Below are positions 1 through 7,797 of a stretch of DNA of 64,000 bases, piece by piece. The notes beneath the pieces were generated by a model. The model was given only the letters and a program-made list of their open reading frames with translations, was not told the DNA's origin and did not search any database. The DNA comes from Candidatus Uhrbacteria bacterium (lineage in GTDB: Bacteria; Patescibacteriota; Patescibacteriia; GWA2-47-26), in assembly GCA_016187515.1 (NCBI GenBank), contig JACPJN010000007.1, forward strand, positions 140,336-204,335, in the 5' to 3' direction. How positions within the stretch are numbered: position 1 is the first letter of the stretch; every line of letters starts with the position of its first letter. Both the position numbers and the translations under genes were made by a program.

Positions 1-2
1 CA

Positions 3-164
3 GTGCTGACTGGGGCAAATTTCCAGATCAAAGACAAGCAGAAACCCGCACCCCGGCTGCGGACAGCGCACGGACGCTTGCTGGGGTTTTCCCAGATCCT
101 CAATGGAAGTTTCCAGCGGTTTTTGGTGGACAGGGCATCTCTCCAGCGTAGGAACAGCAAGCAT
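3..164 (-). CDS. Small Cys/His-rich (zinc-ribbon-like) hypothetical protein, truncated by window edge
   Basis: Not in ORF track. Minus strand AAGGAGG (170-176) precedes ATG at 164; translates MLAVPTLERCPVHQKPLE...VRCPQPGCGFLLVFDLEICPSQH with CPxH and CPxxxC pairs. Confidence 0.6.
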   Translation of the reverse strand, partial: MLAVPTLERCPVHQKPLETSIEDLGKPQQASVRCPQPGCGFLLVFDLEICPSQH

Positions 165-211
165 TGCTTCCTCCTTGATTTGGCGGTTGACTGGGCCTGA
201 TTGGGTTAGGT

Positions 212-392
212 AAAGAGCAAAACGAAATACCACCGGTACCTCCGGTGGCTTGCTGACAAGGTGAACTCTTGGAACTCCCTTGCTATGGTATCCTTACCAG
301 CTTAGCCACCGGAAATACGGAAATAAGCGTCGCTTTCACGTTAAGCGCGACGATCTTGCCGCAATTCTTAATGGCTTTCTGGTATGGCATAC
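212..392 (-). ncRNA. Candidate structured leader/sRNA with terminator-like hairpin
   Basis: Downstream of a sigma70-type promoter; rod 295-384 (TACCAG/CTGGTA, AGCCA/TGGCT, CGTCGC/GCGACG) and CCACCGG-AGGTA-CCGGTGG hairpin (230-248) followed by a T-rich tract. Confidence 0.4.
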
Positions 393-398
393 TTATGC

Positions 399-428
399 AC
401 TTTATCACATCGCCACTTTCTTTGTCAA
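399..428 (-). promoter_or_regulatory. Sigma70-type promoter
   Basis: TTGACA (428-423), 18 bp, TGn-TAAAGT (404-399). Confidence 0.6.
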
Positions 429-446
429 ATCCAGGTGGGGATAAAC

Positions 447-1037
447 TTAAAATCCCAGCTCTTCCCCCACCCTCTTATATTCAAAAATCTCCGGATGCTT
501 GCCAAACCAATGCTTGATTTCATGCTCGGCTTCTTCCGGGGTCTCTGACACATGCAGTATGTTCTGCACCGCCCGTTTTTCTTTATTAGCTATCGCGGCA
601 GAATCACCTGAAAAATCGCCGCGAATCGTGCCCATCTCCGCAAGCACCGGCATGGTGTTCCCGGCAAGTTTGCGCACTACATCAATGGCGTGCGGACCTT
701 CAACTACGGCTTTAACCAGCGGGTAAGATACCATAAAATCAATAAGCCAGCCGCGCACCATTTTCCCAATCGCGAGTTTGTCCGCCGTGCCAAATTCTTT
801 GCGCGCATTGTAGCCGTACTTTTTATAGGTCAACAGGGTTTTTTCGCCAAGCCGCGCGATCCACTTTTCATCTTTGGGATAATGATCGTCAATCTGCTTA
901 CGCGTCGGCTTAAACATTTGCAGTGCGACAATTTTAAGTCGGCGCTGCTCAATGCGGGAGATTACCTCGCCAATCAGACCCTTGGCCACGCCGTCGGGTT
1001 TAATCAGCACGAATACGCGTTCTTGCTTATGGTTCAT
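447..1037 (-). CDS. ndk: Nucleoside diphosphate kinase
   Basis: ERVFVLIKPDGV, GTIRGDF and NILHVSE (catalytic His); start placed at MNHKQ. Confidence 0.95.
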   Translation of the reverse strand: MNHKQERVFVLIKPDGVAKGLIGEVISRIEQRRLKIVALQMFKPTRKQIDDHYPKDEKWIARLGEKTLLTYKKYGYNARKEFGTADKLAIGKMVRGWLIDFMVSYPLVKAVVEGPHAIDVVRKLAGNTMPVLAEMGTIRGDFSGDSAAIANKEKRAVQNILHVSETPEEAEHEIKHWFGKHPEIFEYKRVGEELGF

Positions 1038-1068
1038 ATGCCAAATACCATACCACACCCACAAGAAC

Positions 1069-1097
1069 TTGACAAATTCCGCCCACTATGATAGTGT
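1069..1097 (+). promoter_or_regulatory. Sigma70-type promoter divergent from ndk
   Basis: TTGACA 1069-1074, 17 bp, TGa-TAGTGT 1092-1097. Confidence 0.65.
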
Positions 1098-1103
1098 ATA
1101 AAC

Positions 1104-1557
1104 ACGTAAGAAAGGACCGGCGCGGGTCCGCAAGGGCCTGGCTGGTCTAAGGGTTGTATGCGGAGGAGTCCGCCTGAACCTTCGCACAGTGGGGTAAAGA
1201 GACACTAAAAATCAACAGGTGGAATCAACAGATGGGTAAAATTGCCGTCTCACCCGGTCCTGTCGCGCGCAGGGCTGAAACCTCATACTTTCTTCGCACC
1301 TTCACCACAGTCGGGCATGGGAGTCATGGGTGTTGTCGGGTGGCAGCACACCTAGCGGGACTCCCGGAGAATGATTAGCAGTCACAATGCGCCTGACTGT
1401 GGCGCCACCTTTGTGGAACAGTTGTGGAAGCGGCGTAACCCCCTGGAGGAAGCATGCAGCACAAGGCCAGGGCCCAGCGTCCGTGCGCCACATCGTTGCA
1501 TTCCACATTCCCCCCCGAACCGTCACTGCGGCGCGGGGGGGGTTTTCTTTATTTTTT
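1104..1557 (+). ncRNA. Candidate ~450 nt multi-domain structured RNA, family unrecognised
   Basis: Promoter and terminator bound a region with no convincing ORF; many stems with G-U pairs favouring the + strand, a GCAA tetraloop hairpin at 1114-1148 and a long-range stem 1305-1402. Confidence 0.6.
1510..1557 (+). terminator. Intrinsic terminator
   Basis: C-run/G-run stem (CCCCCCCG...CGGGGGGGG) followed by TTTTCTTTATTTTTT. Confidence 0.7.
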
Positions 1558-2652
1558 CCGCTGCACGCGATATTGAAGCGCGGTTCCATCACTTTCAAAC
1601 ACCACATCCCCATCCTGATCATTTCTCAAAATCTCCACCCCTTGCTGTTTTAGTCGCCAGAGAGTTTGAAAATGCGGATGGCCAAAACGATTTTTGCGGC
1701 CGGATTGAATTACCGCATACTTTGGCGCCACCGCTTGCAAAAATTCTTTACTGGTTGAGGTTTTTGAGCCATGATGCCCGACTTTCAACACGTCTGAGCG
1801 CAGACGTGAGTCATCAGTTATCAGTTCACAGTTCACAGTTTTGTTTTGACACTTCCGTGAACCGTGAACCGACGACTGTGGACTAAGCAACGCGTCCTCC
1901 ACCCCTTCTTCCGCATCTCCGGTAAATAGAAAACTGGTTTTGCCATAAGTAAGTTTAGCCGCAATTGAGGTGGCGTTCAATCCTCCATCCGCTTCGCTTT
2001 TCTCGGCAATACGTTTTCCCGAAAGATCTTCTTGCGGCCAAAGAATTTCAAGTTTAGGTATTGGTATTTGTGATTCGTTTGGAAATTGGGAATTGTCTCC
2101 CTTTGGGAGATCTTCCGTAGGGAGAGAAATTGGAAATTCTTGGCTGGCTTTTGCGACCGCCATTGGGATCTCTCTATTCTTTATCTCTTTTAGCCACTCC
2201 AGATATTCGTCGGTGGTGTGCAGGACTCCGGTGGCCAATACCTGCTTCACGGTAAACCGTCGCAACACCTCAATTTGTCCCACGAGATGATCCGCGTGCG
2301 GATGGGTCAAAATCAGGAGTTCAATGGTCCGGTCCCAAAACGGTAAAGTGCGGCCCAATTTTTCCACCACCCGCGCGGATGGCCCGCCATCAATGAGTAC
2401 ATCAAATCCCTGCGCGGTACGCACATGAATCGCATCCCCCTGCCCCACATCATAAAAATGCACCGTAAGCGGCGCACCATCAGGGATGCCTTGAAACCAC
2501 AGCACGGAGGAAAGCGCGAAAATCCCCCAGACCCAGCGTGCCGCGGTACGATACTGGGGCGGTACCAGTGATCGGTACCCTTTGTAGATTGTCTGCTTCA
2601 GATCCGCCGCCGCTTCAGTTAATCGGGTTAAGCGAACTGCCGTTTTGAGCAT
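1549..2652 (-). CDS. ComEC/Rec2-type metallo-beta-lactamase-fold domain protein (stand-alone)
   Basis: DVGQGDA, THPHADH, LFTGDAE, LKVGHHGS and NRFGHPH motifs; two repeat-derived inserts. Confidence 0.92.
   Translation of the reverse strand: MLKTAVRLTRLTEAAADLKQTIYKGYRSLVPPQYRTAARWVWGIFALSSVLWFQGIPDGAPLTVHFYDVGQGDAIHVRTAQGFDVLIDGGPSARVVEKLGRTLPFWDRTIELLILTHPHADHLVGQIEVLRRFTVKQVLATGVLHTTDEYLEWLKEIKNREIPMAVAKASQEFPISLPTEDLPKGDNSQFPNESQIPIPKLEILWPQEDLSGKRIAEKSEADGGLNATSIAAKLTYGKTSFLFTGDAEEGVEDALLSPQSSVHGSRKCQNKTVNCELITDDSRLRSDVLKVGHHGSKTSTSKEFLQAVAPKYAVIQSGRKNRFGHPHFQTLWRLKQQGVEILRNDQDGDVVFESDGTALQYRVQRKK
1806..1884 (-). repeat. In-frame heptamer/inverted repeat insert in MBL gene
   Basis: (CAGTTCA)n ... 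(GTGAACC)n in inverted arrangement; encodes SPQSSVHGSRKCQNKTVNCELITDDS. Confidence 0.65.
2053..2139 (-). repeat. In-frame composite repeat insert (heptamers plus TCTCCC palindrome)
   Basis: TTGGAAA-like units around TCTCCCTTTGGGAGATCTTCCGTAGGGAGA; encodes FPISLPTEDLPKGDNSQFPNESQIPIPK. Confidence 0.65.
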
Positions 2653-2671
2653 AAGAAAGTTTATTATCCCG

Positions 2672-2703
2672 GATCTATTATAAGCGATCGCTTATAATAG
2701 ATC
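2672..2703. promoter_or_regulatory. Perfect 32 bp palindrome, putative operator
   Basis: GATCTATTATAAGCGATCGCTTATAATAGATC, 20 bp upstream of the MBL gene start. Confidence 0.75.
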
Positions 2704-2734
2704 TTATTCAGTATCGGCTTTTGAATTGCTACTG

Positions 2735-3316
2735 TTAAATCTTGAGCTTGCGCAAAAAACGTACGCTGCATTTTTTACAATCCACCTCTAAAACCTCGAA
2801 GAAACGCTCCAATCCGATATATTTCAACAATTCATCAATGCTGGGACGCGGATCACAGCGTGAAATCCAGATACTCCGCTGCAGCATGATAAATCCCCCC
2901 TGCTTTAGTAGCCGCCGAAAAAATTCCCGATGCGCCCGCTTGGATTCCGGCACATCATACATCGCCAGCCACAGTCGGCCATCGCGTTTTTTCTGATCGG
3001 GATTGCGCATCTGCATGAGAAACTGCAGTCGGAGAACTTCATACTTACCCTTGGCAGTTAGTTTGACAAGCTGCCGCTCGCCTTCTTTCACGGTTTCAAT
3101 ATAATGCTGATCCTTCAGATGCTTAATGCGCTGCCGCAGCCAATCGCGGTCGCGTAGGCGCCGCCGACGCTCTCGTTCACGGTAACCCCCCAGTCCTATC
3201 GCACTTTGACCGCGGCGCACATAACCCGGGATGTGGATAGAATCGGGGTTCATGTTGGCGGCCTGTAATTCCAGCAACGCAATCTGAAATTCCATTAATT
3301 CTAGGCGTATACTCAT
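2735..3316 (-). CDS. PaaX-like transcriptional regulator (wHTH plus Cas2-like domain)
   Basis: IKHLKDQHYIE...VKLTAKGK wing, then WLAMYDVPESKR...FIMLQRSIWIS; start at MSIRL just after TGtGGTACAAT -10. Confidence 0.85.
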   Translation of the reverse strand: MSIRLELMEFQIALLELQAANMNPDSIHIPGYVRRGQSAIGLGGYRERERRRRLRDRDWLRQRIKHLKDQHYIETVKEGERQLVKLTAKGKYEVLRLQFLMQMRNPDQKKRDGRLWLAMYDVPESKRAHREFFRRLLKQGGFIMLQRSIWISRCDPRPSIDELLKYIGLERFFEVLEVDCKKCSVRFLRKLKI

Positions 3317-3347
3317 ATCCTTCTGATTGTACCACATTAACTGCGCG

Positions 3348-3381
3348 GGAGCTATAATAAGCGATCGCTTATTATAGCTCC
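3348..3381. promoter_or_regulatory. Perfect 34 bp palindrome, putative operator
   Basis: GGAGCTATAATAAGCGATCGCTTATTATAGCTCC; same TAAGCGATCGCTTA core as 2672-2703; covers the regulator's -35 region and the comEC stop codon. Confidence 0.75.
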
Positions 3382-4916
3382 GATTCCTCTGACTGAATAA
3401 GCGGCGATTTTTGCTGCGGATTTTCCTGACGTTTCCATTGCCGCATTGTCCAGACGATCGCACAAAATAAAACTACGGCGGATAAAAAAGAAAGACGAAT
3501 TTGAAAAACGCCAAATTGGGCCAGCCACTCCGCGATACGCACGATGTATTGAAGCGGCACGCGCGCGACCAGGGCAATCCCCAAGCCGAAAGGACGCCAG
3601 AGGAAATCCGCAACTACGGAGAGGAATCCCAGCGCCATCACCGCCGGAACCATGGGCACCACCAGAATATTAGCGAACAGCGAAAAGGGGCCCAAAATGC
3701 CGGTGTGATAGAGCAAAAGCGGAGTGGTAAACAGCAGGGCCGCCACTGAAGCCGCGCCAGCTTTGCGAATTTCCCAGACCTCGGGAAGCTTGCGCACCAG
3801 AGTACGCCGCGCAATATCATCAGCAAAATATATCAGCGCGATGGTGGCGACAAAAGAAAGCAAAAATCCTAAATCAAAACGCAGCAGCCGAGGATTAACG
3901 GCCAGCATTATCACGCCGGCCAGCGCGAGAGCATTGCGCGGATGGCGCGCGCGGCCAACTCCCTGCGCCAGAGAAACCAGCGAGCCCATAATCGCGGCGC
4001 GCACCACCGAGGATTCCGCGCCCGTGGCCAGCACAAAGACCAAAATCAAAAGCAGAGTTACGGGCAAGGCCTGTTTACGAGTCAGCCCCACATACACCAA
4101 GCCCCCCACCAGCACCCAAGAAATAATGGTGATGTTATAGCCGGAAAGCGCGGTGATATGGGCCAGACCAGTGGCGCGGAAGGCCTCTTTCAGCTCGCGC
4201 GTTAGACCAGAAGTATCGCCATAAAGAATTCCCGCCAGCAGTCCCCCGTAGGGATCGGGGAAAAGAGATTGCAGGCGAGAGTGGAAAATTTCACGGATTT
4301 GATAAAGTACGCCTCTCACCCCGCTCATCTCCTTAAGTAGCGCGGGGGCTAGTCCCCCGCTTGGCGGCACATTAAATGCCGCGCTACGCATCACAGAAAC
4401 ATGTTCCGGAAACGCGCAGGAAACATGAACTCCTTCGCGCACCGCCCAACGTTCATAGAAGGAGAGCGGCTGGGGTGCGCATTTAATAAAAAGTTCATCG
4501 CCAAAACGATACTCCGGGTATGTTGGCGCGTTAAGCAGCAGCTTACCGCTGGGGGCGGACAGTTGGAGGATATAGGCCGTGTTTTTTTCTCGCTTCCGGG
4601 GCGGACTATCCACTAAGCCGCGAACGGATATTTCCTGTCCAACATAGTAGGCAATATGCCGGGCGTTAATAACCGGTATAACTTGCGCGAAACGAAAAAC
4701 GCCAAGAAAAAATATTCCCAGCGCCAAGATCCCAATGACGGTTAATCGGGAACCCCCGAAGCTAAAACCGAGCGCGGATAAAACGCCACAGCCAATAAAT
4801 AAGGCGTACCAGATAAACGGCGGAGTAATCAGCCGATCCGCGGCGATCAAGGAGTGCAGTCCAATGCCGGCGATAAACGCGCAGCAAAAAGCAAAAAATG
4901 CCTTGGATTTGGTCAT
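3372..4916 (-). CDS. comEC: ComEC competence protein (DUF4131/OB plus competence membrane domain)
   Basis: FRATGLAHITALSGYNI, SVVRAAIM, GFLLSFVAT and LFANILVVP; start placed at MTKSK. Confidence 0.93.
   Translation of the reverse strand: MTKSKAFFAFCCAFIAGIGLHSLIAADRLITPPFIWYALFIGCGVLSALGFSFGGSRLTVIGILALGIFFLGVFRFAQVIPVINARHIAYYVGQEISVRGLVDSPPRKREKNTAYILQLSAPSGKLLLNAPTYPEYRFGDELFIKCAPQPLSFYERWAVREGVHVSCAFPEHVSVMRSAAFNVPPSGGLAPALLKEMSGVRGVLYQIREIFHSRLQSLFPDPYGGLLAGILYGDTSGLTRELKEAFRATGLAHITALSGYNITIISWVLVGGLVYVGLTRKQALPVTLLLILVFVLATGAESSVVRAAIMGSLVSLAQGVGRARHPRNALALAGVIMLAVNPRLLRFDLGFLLSFVATIALIYFADDIARRTLVRKLPEVWEIRKAGAASVAALLFTTPLLLYHTGILGPFSLFANILVVPMVPAVMALGFLSVVADFLWRPFGLGIALVARVPLQYIVRIAEWLAQFGVFQIRLSFLSAVVLFCAIVWTMRQWKRQENPQQKSPLIQSEESEL
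4318..4367 (-). repeat. In-frame GC-rich hairpin insert in comEC
   Basis: GCGGGGG-CTAGT-CCCCCGC stem; encodes PPSGGLAPALLKEMSG. Confidence 0.45.
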
Positions 4917-4919
4917 GGG

Positions 4920-5050
4920 GTGCGAATTGCGAATCAAACCCGAATTTACGAATCTGCGAATTCGAAATTCGCAAATTCTCCGCCCAAGGCGCTGTGCCCG
5001 CCTTGGGCTGGGGATCCGCCTCGGGCGGAGAACCTCATTCGTTATTCGCA
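4920..5050. repeat. Intergenic composite repeat (GCGAATT-like units plus nested palindrome)
   Basis: CGAAT/ATTCG units around TTCTCCGCCCAAGGCG...CCGCCTCGGGCGGAGAA. Confidence 0.7.
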
Positions 5051-5053
5051 CCC

Positions 5054-5386
5054 TTATCTGCGGTCATCAAGATCGCGCAAGGCAATCTTTTTTACCAAAT
5101 CCGAAAGCTGATGTTCGAGGTTTTCGAGCTTTCCAAAAAGCCGAAACACCGTATAAAAAAGCAGAATTACGGAAATGTAAAATACCGCGTCCGCTCCGCG
5201 GCCAACCCCGAGGAAGGTCGCGAGGCGGTTGGTAATTTGCGGTACCCAGACCAGCGCCCCGGCGGCAATCCATAGAACAATCCAAAATAAAAATCCGGCG
5301 CGAGAAATTGCTCCGTGCTTAAAGCGGCGGATTACTCCACTTGCGGCAATCAGCGCCAGGATGGAAATCAGGGGTTTAATCAGCAT
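5054..5386 (-). CDS. DUF2304-family small membrane protein
   Basis: Three hydrophobic segments, LGVGRGAD motif, coiled C-tail; typical partner of a DPM-synthase-like GT2. Confidence 0.85.
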   Translation of the reverse strand: MLIKPLISILALIAASGVIRRFKHGAISRAGFLFWIVLWIAAGALVWVPQITNRLATFLGVGRGADAVFYISVILLFYTVFRLFGKLENLEHQLSDLVKKIALRDLDDRR

Positions 5387-5391
5387 ATTGC

Positions 5392-5482
5392 AGTAAATTA
5401 AGTGAATAAGTTGTAAGTGAGTAAGTTGTAAAGTAACCTACTACTCACAATTACTTACTACTTACAACTTACTTACTTACAC
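5392..5482. repeat. Intergenic heptamer inverted tandem repeat
   Basis: (GTAAGTT/GTAAGTGA)n followed by the complementary (ACTTAC)n. Confidence 0.75.
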
Positions 5483-5492
5483 ACTAAATTTA

Positions 5493-6245
5493 CTATCGGA
5501 AGAACTTCAACACAATGAGTTTCCAGAGCGTTTCCAGTCCTCTTAAAAATCCCTGGCCTTTGGAAAGCGAATATTTATCGTACTTAACCGTAATCGGCAC
5601 TTCCGCCATTTTGAGTTTTAAGCGGGCAATCTCGCGGATAATTTCGGAGGAAACCTCCATGGTGGAGGTGCGCAGGCGCAACTTCTCGGCGGCTGCTCCG
5701 GAAAAGGCCCGAAAACCGGACTGACTATCAGTTACCCATATTCCGAACAGCAGCCAGGTAAAAAAGTTGCCACACCAATTCCCTATCTTCCGTGTTATTG
5801 GTATCCACCGTGCTGTCCTGTTGTCATGCTGTCCTGTTGTCATAAATCTTGAACCGATCACCACCTCCGCTTGCCCCTCCAGGATTGGCTGTATCACCCG
5901 CGCTATCTCGGCGGGATCATGCTGAAGATCGGCATCCAGAGTAACAATTATTGAGTTATTAGTTATTGAGTTATTGGTTATTAGTTGAATTGCTCCGTCA
6001 ATGCCGGTAGAAAGCGCCGCGCCCAGTCCGCGATTAATCGGGTGACGCAGCACGATCGCGCCGGCGGCGCGCGCAACTTCCGCAGTGCGATCAGTGGAGC
6101 CATCGTCAACTACAATAGTTTTAACCCCCTCTTCATCTCCCCCTTGAAAAGGGGGAGAAAGAAAGGGCTGCATTTTACATTTCCCCACCACCTCACCCAC
6201 CGTGCGTTCTTCGTTATAAGCAGGGATTACGACTACGACTTTCAT
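5493..6245 (-). CDS. GT2 polyprenyl-phosphate glycosyltransferase (DPM1-like)
   Basis: IPAYNEE, VDDGSTD, DADLQH and DSQSGFRA; three repeat inserts. Confidence 0.92.
   Translation of the reverse strand: MKVVVVIPAYNEERTVGEVVGKCKMQPFLSPPFQGGDEEGVKTIVVDDGSTDRTAEVARAAGAIVLRHPINRGLGAALSTGIDGAIQLITNNSITNNSIIVTLDADLQHDPAEIARVIQPILEGQAEVVIGSRFMTTGQHDNRTARWIPITRKIGNWCGNFFTWLLFGIWVTDSQSGFRAFSGAAAEKLRLRTSTMEVSSEIIREIARLKLKMAEVPITVKYDKYSLSKGQGFLRGLETLWKLIVLKFFR
5811..5842. repeat. Perfect 16 bp tandem duplication inside GT2
   Basis: TGCTGTCCTGTTGTCA x2. Confidence 0.8.
5947..5987. repeat. Heptamer tandem insert inside GT2
   Basis: (GTTATTG/A)n encoding QLITNNSITNNSII. Confidence 0.75.
6123..6167. repeat. 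CCCCTC/GAGGGG hairpin element, in frame in GT2
   Basis: TCTCCCCCTT-GAA-AAGGGGGAGA; encodes PFLSPPFQGGDEEGV. Confidence 0.8.
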
Positions 6246-6265
6246 AGTCCATTAGTGTAACACAA

Positions 6266-6291
6266 GGGGCCGGGTTTTCAAACCCGACCCC
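6266..6291 (-). terminator. Hairpin downstream of the surface protein gene
   Basis: GGGGCCGGGTTT-TC-AAACCCGACCCC; weak U tract. Confidence 0.45.
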
Positions 6292-6320
6292 TAATTCATG
6301 CTTCCTAATTTTCATGCTTC

Positions 6321-7550
6321 CTACTGAAGCGCGTAGCCCCAGGCGCGTACGGTTGCCCAATCAATTGGTGACTTCGGAATGCGCCCAAAGACCGCTTTGA
6401 ATTTGGTAATACCGACTCGTTCCTTGACAAGATCCCGTTTGAATCGAATCCGATAAAGCATCGTATTCCAGGCCAGATCTTCTTTAGCAACCTTGAAGTC
6501 CGGCGCGGATTTACCAGTAAGCACTTTCCAGTATTTATCCCGCGCCACTCCGGCTTGCGCCACCTCTTTAGTCAGATTGCGCACCGTCGGCTTTTGTCCG
6601 TTCGAAATCTGCTCCGCAGCCAAGAGGAACTTACCGGCATCAGCGGCCACGGTTGCACCCAAAGTTTCGAGCATATCGCGTACCACCGCCAACCGCTCGC
6701 CAGAACCCAGCGCTTTAACCGCGGAGTTGATTGTTCCATAAGTGACGAAGTTGCTAGCCACTGCGCTGACTTCTGCGCCGAGCGTAACTTTGAATTCGCC
6801 GGCGCTGGATCCTACTTTCGCCGTATTCTGGGTTTCGGCCGCGGTATTGCGGACCACTCCAACGGCTTGCGCAAGAGCAGTCGCGTCTTTAACTATATTG
6901 ACTGAAACAGTGGGTGTAACAATCGGGGCCACCGGTGTTACTCCGGTTGTAGCGGCTGGCGCCGCCACGGTTGGCGCCGCAGTTGGGAAGGTCGGACCGG
7001 TTGCTCCGCCGCCGCCACCACCAGATGCTACTGCGGCTGTTCCACCACCGGAAGAGGTGGTAGTAAATGAGCCAGTCAACGCCGCGCTATCGTTCAGGTT
7101 GTTATCACGAGCGCAAACTGCCACATTATAGGTGGTTCCAGCAGTCAAGCTGCTCAAACTCACTGAGGTAGAAGTTGAGGTAGTAGAGCTTCCGCCGGAA
7201 CATCCGGATTGCGCGCTAGTGCTGTAATGGATCAGATAAGTGGAAATACTGCCGCTGCCAGTGGCAATCGCAGTCCCCAAAGTTGTGGTAGTTGGCGCGG
7301 TCCAGGAAACCGTAACCGAGGTCTGCTGCATACTGCTTGTGGATAAACTCGTAGGCGCTCGCGGCGGGGCATCAGAAGATGTCCTTGCGGCATTATAGCC
7401 ATAGCTTCCGCTGTAGTATCCATAATTTCCTGCGGCTTGGTTCAAGGCCTGCACGCTTTGGTTTACAAACGCGGATGAAAGCACAAAAAGGGTAAATATA
7501 GTAATACCCAGTCCACTTTGCCAGCTCTTCCTCTTTTTCGAATCACTCAT
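6321..7550 (-). CDS. Secreted fibronectin type III domain surface protein with S/T/A/P/G-rich linker
   Basis: N-terminal signal/TM segment, PRAPTSL..SVTVSWTAP..LTAGTTYNVAVCA FN3 pattern, low-complexity linker, helical C-domain ending DWATVRAWGY. Confidence 0.8.
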   Translation of the reverse strand: MSDSKKRKSWQSGLGITIFTLFVLSSAFVNQSVQALNQAAGNYGYYSGSYGYNAARTSSDAPPRAPTSLSTSSMQQTSVTVSWTAPTTTTLGTAIATGSGSISTYLIHYSTSAQSGCSGGSSTTSTSTSVSLSSLTAGTTYNVAVCARDNNLNDSAALTGSFTTTSSGGGTAAVASGGGGGGATGPTFPTAAPTVAAPAATTGVTPVAPIVTPTVSVNIVKDATALAQAVGVVRNTAAETQNTAKVGSSAGEFKVTLGAEVSAVASNFVTYGTINSAVKALGSGERLAVVRDMLETLGATVAADAGKFLLAAEQISNGQKPTVRNLTKEVAQAGVARDKYWKVLTGKSAPDFKVAKEDLAWNTMLYRIRFKRDLVKERVGITKFKAVFGRIPKSPIDWATVRAWGYALQ

Positions 7551-7637
7551 CACGTTTTTAAAAATTTTCTCGACAAAATGACCAAAATCTCGCATATATA
7601 TGGGTATTTACGATATTACTTTTAATTAAAGAGAGAA

Positions 7638-7713
7638 TTATCCACACCTTTCGGTGTTTTACATGGTCTATTATAGCACTTTGTATAAAGAACAGAAACC
7701 CTACTTATCCACA
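7638..7713. promoter_or_regulatory. Two perfect DnaA boxes flanking an extended -10 promoter
   Basis: TTATCCACA at 7638-7646 and 7705-7713; minus-strand TGCTATAAT at 7670-7678. Confidence 0.6.
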
Positions 7714-7768
7714 ACAAACTACCCTAAACTATGGGCCGCAGTCCACCCGCTTGTTCATTAAGACGTAA

Positions 7769-7797
7769 TTGACAACCCTCTTGTTACAATTCATACT
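7769..7797 (+). promoter_or_regulatory. Sigma70-type promoter
   Basis: TTGACA, 17 bp, CATACT upstream of 7824. Confidence 0.5.

Noticed and set aside
1104-1557. RNase P, tmRNA or SRP identity for the structured RNA
   Set aside because: GGAGGAGTCC only loosely resembles RNase P GAGGAAAGTCC and the 3' P4 strand is missing; no tRNA-like ends or SRP GGAA motif.
1371-1886. 171 aa + strand ORF
   Set aside because: Runs through a terminator and antisense into the MBL gene; no recognisable motifs.
2735-3316. CRISPR-Cas system suggested by the Cas2-like domain
   Set aside because: No cas1, effector or repeat-spacer array in the window; the domain is fused to a wHTH as in PaaX-like regulators.
4917-5051. 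N-terminal extension of comEC in the ORF track
   Set aside because: It is a translation of intergenic repeats; hydrophobic ComEC sequence starts at Met 4916.
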